A stretch of 64,000 bases of DNA from Hydrogenimonas sp. (GTDB taxonomy: Bacteria; Campylobacterota; Campylobacteria; Campylobacterales; Hydrogenimonadaceae), in contig JAUUDL010000115.1 in assembly GCA_030826715.1 (NCBI GenBank), forward strand, positions 346 through 64,345. The letters are read 5' to 3'. The notes below the pieces were generated by a model, which searched no databases, had not been told where the DNA came from, and saw nothing but the letters and a program-made list of their open reading frames with translations. Shown here piece after piece: positions 29,837-37,997 of this stretch (position 1 is the first letter of the stretch; every line of letters begins with the position of its first letter). Both the position numbers and the translations under genes were made by a program.

Positions 29837-31399
29837 TTATTCTACAACGATTTCAGGACGGTTTCTATACAAGCCGATCCGCACATGACACAAAACGATC
29901 TTTTCTCCGCTTTTGGGTCTCTTTATTCCTTTGTGGTAATAGACCTTTATCTTCTTGCCATTGAAATAAAGATAACCCCGTCGATAGACGCCTTCTATCT
30001 TTTCGACCACCTCATTGACGATCGCAAGATCTTTCGGATCATCAATGCGCTTCAACAGAAGAGGGGAGATATCCCTCTTGCCCAAATCTTTCAGCACTCT
30101 AAGCTTCGTCACTTCACGAAGCCCTCGATAGTCGTAGATTTTTTGGATTCCGAGCCGATAGGTATGCCCATTTTTCAGGTTGGCCGTATCGCCATAGACC
30201 AAAATGGCACGCCCGTTTTTCTCTTTCACAATGGCCACACGCCCTTTTTTGTAAATGACGGCAGCATCGTCTATGACGACATTCGTCCACCCAATCGGCA
30301 TGGTATAGAGATCGGCAATATGCGCATGGATCTCTTTTATCGCTTCAGGAAGCGTCTCTTTCGGCGCTTCAACTCTCTCTTTAAGTGAAAAAGGTTTTGT
30401 CGTGAACATGGCGTAGATTGGAAGATGGTCGGAGTAGCCGGCGTCCAGATGCTTTCCATGCCTTCTTTTGGCGATCTGCCAGCGGAAGATGGAGCCGTTT
30501 TTCATGAAAAGATAGTTCGGTCTGAAAAGATGGAAAGAACGATCGAGATAGTTAACCCCTTTGGCATCGAACATCCCTGCAGGCAACAACATATGATCGA
30601 GCGAACTTTTCATCCCGTAGAAGTTGTGTGACCACCGCCGCTGCGGCGGAAGCTCGAGCCATAGATCGACATGGCATGGCCAATGAATCGTCCGCTTGGT
30701 GACGGGTTTGCCATCACAGAACGTTTTGAGGATGTCGTTGATGCCCGTTCTCCCGCCCGTATCGTTGAGGCGCGGCGATTTTCGGATCGTTCGGCTCTCG
30801 TTCCAATTGCTGTTGAGATCGCCCAGAATGATATAATCGGCATCTTTTGGAAGCTGCATCAACCGTTTCATCAGCGCTTTCGCACTGACGATACGCATAC
30901 TCTCCCCGCCGTTTCGAGATTTCCAGTGATTGACGAAAAGCCGTACTCTATGGCCGCTGATATCGACGAGAACTTCGAGAATGTTCCGATAGCGCAGCTT
31001 CCCTGGTGCCGGATCGATCTCTCTCTTTTCAATGATCGGAAATTTCGAAAGAAGCGCGGTTTTGACGGTACTCGCTTTGGTATCGGCGATGGCTCGGTAG
31101 ATCATTGTCCAGCCGCACGCTTTAACACCACGCTGCAGCGCCCGCAGCGCATCGTCATTCTCGATCTCCTGCAATCCGATGATGTCGGGCTTCATATCGC
31201 AGATGACGCGTGAAATGTTTTTCACCTTGATAGAGAAGGTCTTGTCATCCCATCCGTAACCGGTATAGGGAATGTATTCGGTATATTCCGAACCGCTTTT
31301 TCGCAGATCGAAGAGGTTCTCGACATTGTAACTGGCGACTCGGAACTCCCGGCCAAAGAGTGCCAGGGTGAAAAGTAGGAAAACGAGTATCTTTTTCAT
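29837..31399 (-). CDS. Secreted endonuclease/exonuclease/phosphatase family protein
   Basis: Signal peptide, SYNVENLFD, LQEIE, NHWKS, GDLN, SDHLP. Confidence 0.9.
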   Translation of the reverse strand: MKKILVFLLFTLALFGREFRVASYNVENLFDLRKSGSEYTEYIPYTGYGWDDKTFSIKVKNISRVICDMKPDIIGLQEIENDDALRALQRGVKACGWTMIYRAIADTKASTVKTALLSKFPIIEKREIDPAPGKLRYRNILEVLVDISGHRVRLFVNHWKSRNGGESMRIVSAKALMKRLMQLPKDADYIILGDLNSNWNESRTIRKSPRLNDTGGRTGINDILKTFCDGKPVTKRTIHWPCHVDLWLELPPQRRWSHNFYGMKSSLDHMLLPAGMFDAKGVNYLDRSFHLFRPNYLFMKNGSIFRWQIAKRRHGKHLDAGYSDHLPIYAMFTTKPFSLKERVEAPKETLPEAIKEIHAHIADLYTMPIGWTNVVIDDAAVIYKKGRVAIVKEKNGRAILVYGDTANLKNGHTYRLGIQKIYDYRGLREVTKLRVLKDLGKRDISPLLLKRIDDPKDLAIVNEVVEKIEGVYRRGYLYFNGKKIKVYYHKGIKRPKSGEKIVLCHVRIGLYRNRPEIVVE

Positions 31400-31418
31400 A
31401 GCACCATTGTATTACAAT

Positions 31419-32177
31419 CTACGATGACGGTTTTGAAAGTTTCGATTTTGATATGACGAAGAGCAAAGAGGCAAGCACCACACAGAAGATGATCGTATAT
31501 CCCGTGGGCAGATCGAACGCATAGGAGATTCCAAGGGCTGCGACAATGGCCACCGAACCGAAGATCCATGCGAAGATTAACTCCGGAAACCTTGTTTGCA
31601 GCAAAGCCGCATAGGCCGGTGCGATCAGCAAAGAGAAGACCACCAGCACTCCCGCGCTCTGGACCGAAGAGGTAACGGTGACCGCCAGCATCGAAAAGAA
31701 GAGTGTCTCACGCCAGAGGCCGGATGTTTTTGGATAGAGCAAGAACATCACGAGCGCGACCGTCATATATAAAAGGGCGGCTTTGGCCACATCTCCTGGC
31801 ATCGTGAAAAGGATGTCGGCCGCGCTCATTTTGTTGAAAAGCTCCATCCCTTCGCTGCTTTGGGCCAGAATCATCATGATCGAAGAGATGCCAAGCGCAT
31901 ACAAAAGCCCAATGAAGGCTTCGATATACACCACCCTTCGGCCTGCAAGCGCGATGACAATGGCGGCGATCAGCGCGAACAGCAGCGTCAGCGGCGTCTG
32001 GTACGCCCCATTTAAAAAGGCGACGCTGATGGCCATCCCCACCGCCGCGATCTGCCCGATCGCCAGATCGGTGAAGATCACCCCGCGCCGGATGATCTCG
32101 ATGCCAAATACGGCATGGATGAAGACGAGCAGTATCCCCAGCGCGAAGGCGGGCCAGAGAATCTCTATCAGCGACAT
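31419..32177 (-). CDS. Metal ABC transporter permease (ABC-3/ZnuB-like)
   Basis: RRGVIFTDLAIGQIAA, GVLVVFSLLIAPA, DLPTG; multi-pass. Confidence 0.88.
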   Translation of the reverse strand: MSLIEILWPAFALGILLVFIHAVFGIEIIRRGVIFTDLAIGQIAAVGMAISVAFLNGAYQTPLTLLFALIAAIVIALAGRRVVYIEAFIGLLYALGISSIMMILAQSSEGMELFNKMSAADILFTMPGDVAKAALLYMTVALVMFLLYPKTSGLWRETLFFSMLAVTVTSSVQSAGVLVVFSLLIAPAYAALLQTRFPELIFAWIFGSVAIVAALGISYAFDLPTGYTIIFCVVLASLLFVISKSKLSKPSS

Positions 32178-33049
32178 AGCCGCTCAGCGTAGCTGAGATA
32201 GAACTTCTCGAGCGTATCTGTACCGGGTACCGCCCCGACATCGTGAGGAAGCACGACGATGTGCGCCCCTGTTTTGTCGGCGATAAAGCGGGCCGTCTTC
32301 TTTTCGTGATAGGGGTCTTGAAGAATGGTCTTTATATCTTCACGGCGCATCATCCCGATCAGCTTGAGGGTATGTTTCGAACTGGGCGAAATGCCGGGCA
32401 ACGGTTCGATCGTTCCCATGGAGACGATGCCGTACCGTGCGAGAAAGTAGTTGTAGAGTTGATGGTACTGGACCACCTTCATACCGCGGCACGGTTTCAT
32501 TTTAGCATCGAAACTCTGCACAAAAGTGTTCCAATGGTCGATGAAGTGTTGCAGACGGCTTTCGTAATCGGAAGCATGCGCAGGGTCGATCTTTTCGAGC
32601 TTGTGGGCAACGAGCATCGCGATTGGAACGATATTGTGTGGATCGGTGTTGAAGTGGGGATTGCCCTGGGGGTGGATATCGCCATAGGCACGTGAAACCG
32701 CCGTTGGCTTGTTGATCAGGTCGATCACCTGGCTGGCATCGGTAAATCCTCTGCTTCCTGGATTGATTTTACCGTTGTTGGCGCTTTTGATCAACGGCGG
32801 AAGCCAGCCGATCTCAAGCCCCGCACCATTGATGACGAGCATGTCGGCACGGCTCAGTTTTCCGAGCAAAGAGGGTTTGGGTACGACAAAATGGGGGTCA
32901 TATTTGGGGCTCGCGAGCACCGTCACCCTGACATGATCACCACCAACACGCTTGACGATCTCGCCAAGATAGGGGTAGGTGGCTGCGACATTGACTTTGG
33001 CGAAAACTGCCGTAGTGAGTAAGAGCACGATAAAGAGTATTTTTTTCAC
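32168..33049 (-). CDS. Cluster A-I metal (Zn/Mn-type) ABC substrate-binding protein
   Basis: Signal peptide, DPHF, GAGLEIGWL, GDIHPQGNPHF, YH, EPLPGISPS; GTG start. Confidence 0.9.
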   Translation of the reverse strand: MKKILFIVLLLTTAVFAKVNVAATYPYLGEIVKRVGGDHVRVTVLASPKYDPHFVVPKPSLLGKLSRADMLVINGAGLEIGWLPPLIKSANNGKINPGSRGFTDASQVIDLINKPTAVSRAYGDIHPQGNPHFNTDPHNIVPIAMLVAHKLEKIDPAHASDYESRLQHFIDHWNTFVQSFDAKMKPCRGMKVVQYHQLYNYFLARYGIVSMGTIEPLPGISPSSKHTLKLIGMMRREDIKTILQDPYHEKKTARFIADKTGAHIVVLPHDVGAVPGTDTLEKFYLSYAERLCR

Positions 33050-33072
33050 TTTTCAATCCTTTTTTGGAAATT

Positions 33073-33190
33073 CGGCCTTACACACTTCGTAAGGCCGTCT
33101 CGAAATCTTTGATTTCGAAGCTTTAGAGGAGTGCAGAGGACATTTGTGTCCTTTGCCAAAACATGGGCTTTGCTCATGTTTTGCATTCCT
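33073..33190. repeat. Multi-hairpin palindromic intergenic element (REP/MITE-like or structured RNA)
   Basis: Four adjacent inverted repeats of 8-12 bp: 33073-33097, 33100-33118, 33133-33156, 33157-33183. Confidence 0.7.
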
Positions 33191-33194
33191 TTGA

Positions 33195-34427
33195 TTAAAA
33201 TGCATGGGCGCCGTGTGCACCGGCTGCGATGTTGATCGACAGGATCACCTCGTCGATATCTTTCCGTTGATTGTCGATCATTTTTGAACGGTCGTGGCTG
33301 TACTGAAGCCTCAGGCGCGACATCGGAAAGGGTTTGTACTCGACCATCGCCGTATAGCGGTCGAGATCGTCGGGCTGGCCGTCACGGTTGCGAAATAGTG
33401 TGTCGTAGCGTACGCCACAGCCGTAGTTCCTGTCGATCTGATAGATAAGCTGCGTGTAGAGGCCCGCTTGCATGTTCGAGGCGCTGCCATCGTTCATATC
33501 ACGCCACAACGCTTCGGTCTGCCATGTCAAAAAGCTGTAGGCATCCAGATAGGTTCGCGTCGTGAAATCGACACCGTAAATATCGGTCGCGTGGCCTGAA
33601 TCGTTGCGTCCGTGAGCGATACTCGTTCCGGCAAGAAGCGTCGTATCTCCCACATCCATACTCCCTTTCAGATAGCCGACATAGAGGTTGTTCTCTTCGG
33701 GATCGCCAAAGCTTCTCTCGTTATTGCCCTGCATCGCTTCGGCGCCTATCATCAGATAGTTGTCGGTCGGGGCGACCCACTGCAGCTGCACGCCAGGATC
33801 GCTGATGCCGTCGGGGCCGAGCATCGCCTTGTAAACAAGCGGCTGGGTATCGAAGTGCCAGCTATGCTGATGCTTGGCGTTGATGCGTCCAAAATTACTT
33901 TTAAATTTTCCAGCTTTGACTCGAAGACTGTAAGGAAGGCTTCGTGTCGTCACATACGCCTCTCCGATTTCTAGTTTATTGGGATGGAGGTGCAAGAATG
34001 CAAAGGCGTCGAAATAGGGATCCACCGCCGAATGGAGTGCAAGTTCGGCATAGTTGAGATTGAACCCTCGGTTTTTGTTGAAAGGAAGTTCCGCTTCACC
34101 TGCATCGACGAATCCCGGAATCTCAAACTTTTCATACTCGGAGTTTTTGACATTGCGCGACACGGCCGAGCCGTTGATGATAAAGGCGATATCGGGTAGA
34201 AAGCCTGTCTGGTTGAACGATGCCGAAAAGGTATCGGCTTTGGCGATCTTCGCCTTCAACTCCTGCTGTTGTCTGTTTTTGTCGTGGTTTTCGATGGTTT
34301 CGATGCGCTGTTGCAGTTGATGAATGACTTTTTGCTGATCGGCCACGATCTTCTTGAGTTGTTCGACATCGCTGTCGGCGCACAGCATCGTCGCCAGGGC
34401 GAGTGAACCCAAAACGGTTTTTTTCAT
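33195..34427 (-). CDS. Putative outer-membrane beta-barrel/porin associated with metal uptake
   Basis: Signal peptide, N-terminal coiled coil, amphipathic beta strands, HQHSWHF and C-terminal GAHGAHAF. Confidence 0.75.
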   Translation of the reverse strand: MKKTVLGSLALATMLCADSDVEQLKKIVADQQKVIHQLQQRIETIENHDKNRQQQELKAKIAKADTFSASFNQTGFLPDIAFIINGSAVSRNVKNSEYEKFEIPGFVDAGEAELPFNKNRGFNLNYAELALHSAVDPYFDAFAFLHLHPNKLEIGEAYVTTRSLPYSLRVKAGKFKSNFGRINAKHQHSWHFDTQPLVYKAMLGPDGISDPGVQLQWVAPTDNYLMIGAEAMQGNNERSFGDPEENNLYVGYLKGSMDVGDTTLLAGTSIAHGRNDSGHATDIYGVDFTTRTYLDAYSFLTWQTEALWRDMNDGSASNMQAGLYTQLIYQIDRNYGCGVRYDTLFRNRDGQPDDLDRYTAMVEYKPFPMSRLRLQYSHDRSKMIDNQRKDIDEVILSINIAAGAHGAHAF

Positions 34428-34432
34428 AATAG

Positions 34433-34480
34433 TCTCCTGAAAATAGAATAATGATGTTTATCGATGAATTGGTCAGGAGA
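34433..34480 (-). promoter_or_regulatory. Shine-Dalgarno-sequestering hairpin between the uORF and the porin gene
   Basis: mRNA UCUCCUGA (34480-34473) is perfectly complementary to UCAGGAGA (34440-34433), which contains the porin RBS. Confidence 0.7.
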
Positions 34481-34748
34481 GGTATGGCGGAGAACGGGCC
34501 GAAAGGCGGGTGGGTCTGCTTGAAAGCTTCAGAATCACCGGCGGCGCAGCAATGTCAACCGGCGGATTTTCTACTTTTAAAAGGGGAATTTCTTGCGGCA
34601 TATCGCCGCTGGAGAGATTCGACTGCAATACACAGATCGGGCAGTCGTTGTGTGGTTTGAGGTCGTCATGATGATGCAGCACACCCAGTAGTGTCGCGGC
34701 GAGCAACAACAGCGACAAAAATTTTCTGAATCCACGCATCTTTTTCAT
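34473..34748 (-). CDS. DUF2946/CruR-like upstream ORF: signal-like N-terminus, HHH, CxxC, C-terminal RSPP
   Basis: MKKMRGFRKFLSLLLLAATLLGVL-HHHDDLKPHNDCPIC-...-ARSPPYLS; TAAAAT -10 element (34761-34756) 7 nt upstream of the ATG. Confidence 0.8.
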   Translation of the reverse strand: MKKMRGFRKFLSLLLLAATLLGVLHHHDDLKPHNDCPICVLQSNLSSGDMPQEIPLLKVENPPVDIAAPPVILKLSSRPTRLSARSPPYLS

Positions 34749-34851
34749 AAACGCGATTTTACGGCTTGTAGGCTTTCAATAGCCTGAGAAATCGCTTAAA
34801 ACTCCCGAAGATTCAAAAATGAAGTTCTTTTGATTTTATACTGGTCATATT

Positions 34852-34907
34852 ATTGATTAAATAATAATCAATTAATTGTTTATTTTGTTTCTGCATTGAT
34901 ATACAAT
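34852..34907 (+). promoter_or_regulatory. Palindromic operator ATTGATTA-N5-TAATCAAT plus -10 TACAAT of the nitrate-type ABC operon
   Basis: Perfect 8-bp inverted repeat at 34852-34872, TACAAT at 34902-34907; near-identical site upstream of glnA. Confidence 0.6.
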
Positions 34908-34937
34908 TACTGACGTATTCACAAAAAAGGAGCTGGA

Positions 34938-36329
34938 ATGAAAAAGAAGTTGCTTACCATCGGAATAGGGTTGTCACTGACTGCTGTTAGCTTGATGGCA
35001 GACATTGAAAAGAAAAAACTCAATATAGGGTTCATCGCACTCACCGACTGTGCGCCGATAGTCATCGCCAAAGAGAAAGGATTTTTCAAAAAGAATGGTC
35101 TGCAGGTGAGGCTCGTTAAAGAGGGCGCGGGCTGGCCCGGTATCCAGCAAAAGGTTATCAACGGACAGTACGACTTTTCTCATGCCTTGGCAGGTATGCC
35201 GATCGCGGGTACTCTGAGTCTGATGGGAAATGCGCATCTTGTGGCTCTGCTGAGTCTGGACTATAACGGAAACGCCATTACGTTTGGAAACAAACTCGTC
35301 AAAAAGATGGAGAAATATGGACTCGATAAATACAAAAGGCCAGTAGGAAGCGAACCGCTGAAAAAATATATCACCGATCTGGAGAAAAAAGAGGGCTCGA
35401 ACTACTCCCCTTTGGTTTTTGGTATGGTCGGCCCTTATTCGACACACAATTACGAAATCAGATACTGGATGAGCACCAGCGGGATCGATCCGGACAAGGA
35501 TACCAAGCTCAAGCCCTTTCCCCCTCCGACGATGCCTCAGAACCTTATCGCTGGAAACATCGCCGGATATTGTGTGGGTGAGCCCTGGAACGAGCGGATC
35601 GTGATGGCGAAAAAAGGAAGCGCTCTGGTCACCAACTACGACATCTGGAACAACAATCCCGAAAAGGTCCTTCAGGCACGGGCTGATTTCGTCAAAAAGT
35701 ATCCAGAGACGACCAAAGCGGTCATGAAATCAGTTTTGGAGGCCCAGATGTGGCTCGATACAAGCTGGGATCACCGGAAGGAAGCCGCGAAAATTCTGAG
35801 CAAAAAGCAGTATGTCTATGCGCCGGTGAAAGTGCTTGAAAAGTCCATGACCGGAACATTCCAGTATGTGGCGGGTCACAAATCAGAACCGAACCCGATG
35901 TTCAACGTCTTCGCCAATAACTATGCAGCCTACCCATTCTATAGCCACGGTATGTGGTTCATCACCCAGATGTATCGGTGGGGTCAGCTGAAAAAGGCCG
36001 TGGATATGAAAAAAGTGATCGAATTGGTCTATCAACCCAAACTCTTCGAGGAAGTGGCGAAAGGGGTAGGCTATAAACTTCCGAAGAGCCCTTGGAAGGT
36101 CGATGGTGTCGATAAATACAACAAATTCATGGATGGCAAGATCTATGATCCCAACAAGGCAGTGGAGTATATCTACAGCTTCAACGTGAAACATCCCGCC
36201 GTAGGCCAGACTGAGCTGAAAAAAGTGAATGGATGGGAAGGAACACTCAAGACAGCGCAACCGCCCTACGAGTGCCCCTACGGTCCTGCCGGCTGTGCAG
36301 ACCCCAAATATGTCACGAAACAGAAATAA
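34938..36329 (+). CDS. nrtA: NrtA/CmpA family nitrate/nitrite/bicarbonate/cyanate ABC substrate-binding protein
   Basis: GFIALTDCAP, STHNYEIRYW, GYCVGEPWN, PEKV, WFITQMYRWG. Confidence 0.88.
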   Translation: MKKKLLTIGIGLSLTAVSLMADIEKKKLNIGFIALTDCAPIVIAKEKGFFKKNGLQVRLVKEGAGWPGIQQKVINGQYDFSHALAGMPIAGTLSLMGNAHLVALLSLDYNGNAITFGNKLVKKMEKYGLDKYKRPVGSEPLKKYITDLEKKEGSNYSPLVFGMVGPYSTHNYEIRYWMSTSGIDPDKDTKLKPFPPPTMPQNLIAGNIAGYCVGEPWNERIVMAKKGSALVTNYDIWNNNPEKVLQARADFVKKYPETTKAVMKSVLEAQMWLDTSWDHRKEAAKILSKKQYVYAPVKVLEKSMTGTFQYVAGHKSEPNPMFNVFANNYAAYPFYSHGMWFITQMYRWGQLKKAVDMKKVIELVYQPKLFEEVAKGVGYKLPKSPWKVDGVDKYNKFMDGKIYDPNKAVEYIYSFNVKHPAVGQTELKKVNGWEGTLKTAQPPYECPYGPAGCADPKYVTKQK

Positions 36330-36338
36330 AGGTAGACG

Positions 36339-37160
36339 ATGTCAAAGAACGATCTGTTGTCGAGAATCATACTCCCTCTCTTGACCTTTATCGCGATTGT
36401 CGCACTTTGGGCGGAACTATCGGCATATATTGAAAACCTGCCGAGCCCTCATGATGTATGGTTGGCCGCATTCGGTGGGATCACACCGGATGGAGATGTC
36501 ATCACAGGTGTTCTGACCGACCCTTTCTATATCAACAGCGATGAGGACAAAGGGATATTCTGGCAGGTGCTTGCTTCTTTGGAGAGAGTGCTTGCCGGTT
36601 TTGTCCTGGCCATCGTGGTCGGTGTCCCCCTCGGCCTCGCCATCGGAATGAGCAAAAAGGTCTTTTATGCCCTCAATCCGTACATTCAGATCCTCAAACC
36701 GGTCTCGCCACTGGCATGGTTGCCGCTCTTTTTGTTGATCTTTCAGGCTATCAATCCGACCGCAATCGCGACGATTTTCATCACATCCATATGGCCGATC
36801 ATTTCCAATACTATTCTGGGGGTGCAAAATGTCAACAAAGATTACATCAACGTCGCGAGAATTTTGAAATTCTCACCCATTGAGATGGTCTATCAGATCA
36901 TGCTGCCGGTCGCTGTGCCCTATATTTTCACGGGAATGAGACTCTCTCTTGGAATTGCGTGGATCGTCATCGTCGCGGCCGAAATGCTTACCGGCGGTAC
37001 AGGTATCGGGTTCTGGATATGGGATGAGTACAATAATCTCAATTACCCGAACATCATCGTGGGCATTATCATTGTCGGTATCGTCGGATGGATCCTCGAT
37101 ACCGTCATGGGAAAAATTTCAGACTTTTTCGACTATAGAAAAAGAGGAACGGCATCATGA
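36339..37160 (+). CDS. nrtB: Nitrate-type ABC permease
   Basis: LKPVSPLAWLP, IFTGMRLSLGIAW, AAEML. Confidence 0.88.
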   Translation: MSKNDLLSRIILPLLTFIAIVALWAELSAYIENLPSPHDVWLAAFGGITPDGDVITGVLTDPFYINSDEDKGIFWQVLASLERVLAGFVLAIVVGVPLGLAIGMSKKVFYALNPYIQILKPVSPLAWLPLFLLIFQAINPTAIATIFITSIWPIISNTILGVQNVNKDYINVARILKFSPIEMVYQIMLPVAVPYIFTGMRLSLGIAWIVIVAAEMLTGGTGIGFWIWDEYNNLNYPNIIVGIIIVGIVGWILDTVMGKISDFFDYRKRGTAS

Positions 37161-37951
37161 AAAACAAGTTTTTGGTTTTGGAAAATGTGGAGAAGAGGTT
37201 TCCCGTCCCTGGCAAAAAGGATTATGTCGCGGTCACCGGGGTCAATCTGGAGATTCAAAAAGATGAGATCGTTTCGATCATCGGACACAGCGGCTGCGGA
37301 AAGAGTACATTGCTCAATATGATTTCTGGTCTGGATATGCAGACCTCCGGTCATATCTTTCTCAAAGGCAAGGAGATCACGGGGCCGGGACCGGATAGGG
37401 CGGTCGTCTTTCAGAATCATTCGCTGCTGCCATGGCTGACCGTCTACGACAATATCGAAATGGCAGTCAAAAAAGTGATGCCGGAACTCTCATCCAAAGA
37501 GCTCAGGGAGCGGGTGGAAAAATTCATCAATCTTGTAAACCTGGGGCCGGCCAAAGACAAATATCCCGGAGAGATCAGCGGTGGGATGAAACAGAGGGTC
37601 GGCATCGCCCGGGCGCTCTCTATCAAACCCGATGTCCTGCTGATGGACGAGCCATTCGGTGCTCTCGATTCGCTCACCCGGGCCAACCTGCAGGATCATC
37701 TGATGCGTATCCAGCAAAAGGTCAAGAATACGGTCGTCATCATCACCCACGATGTGGATGAAGCGGTGCTGTTGAGCGACCGGGTCATCATGATGACCAA
37801 CGGTCCCGCCGCTACGATCGGCGAAATCCTCGAGGTTAATCTGGAGCGTCCACGAGACAGAGTGGCCCTGCAGGAGGACCATGAATATATCAGGTGCCGT
37901 GAGGCTATTTTGGAATTTTTGTATAAAAAATTTGCCAAAGAAGATGAATAG
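37157..37951 (+). CDS. nrtD: Nitrate-type ABC ATP-binding protein (single-domain NrtD-like)
   Basis: GHSGCGKS, VFQNHSLLPWL, ISGGMKQRV, DEPFGALD. Confidence 0.88.
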   Translation: MKNKFLVLENVEKRFPVPGKKDYVAVTGVNLEIQKDEIVSIIGHSGCGKSTLLNMISGLDMQTSGHIFLKGKEITGPGPDRAVVFQNHSLLPWLTVYDNIEMAVKKVMPELSSKELRERVEKFINLVNLGPAKDKYPGEISGGMKQRVGIARALSIKPDVLLMDEPFGALDSLTRANLQDHLMRIQQKVKNTVVIITHDVDEAVLLSDRVIMMTNGPAATIGEILEVNLERPRDRVALQEDHEYIRCREAILEFLYKKFAKEDE

Positions 37952-37997
37952 TGCCAATGATATGTCACATTTTCAATTTCACCATTAGGAGTAAAAC

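Noticed and set aside
33073-33190. CRISPR array or tRNA interpretation of the hairpin cluster
   Set aside because: The hairpins differ in sequence, with no repeat-spacer periodicity, no T-loop or D-loop consensus and no cas genes
34852-34872. FNR box interpretation of TTGAT...ATCAA
   Set aside because: Spacer is 9 nt rather than the 4 nt required for FNR/Crp-type sites
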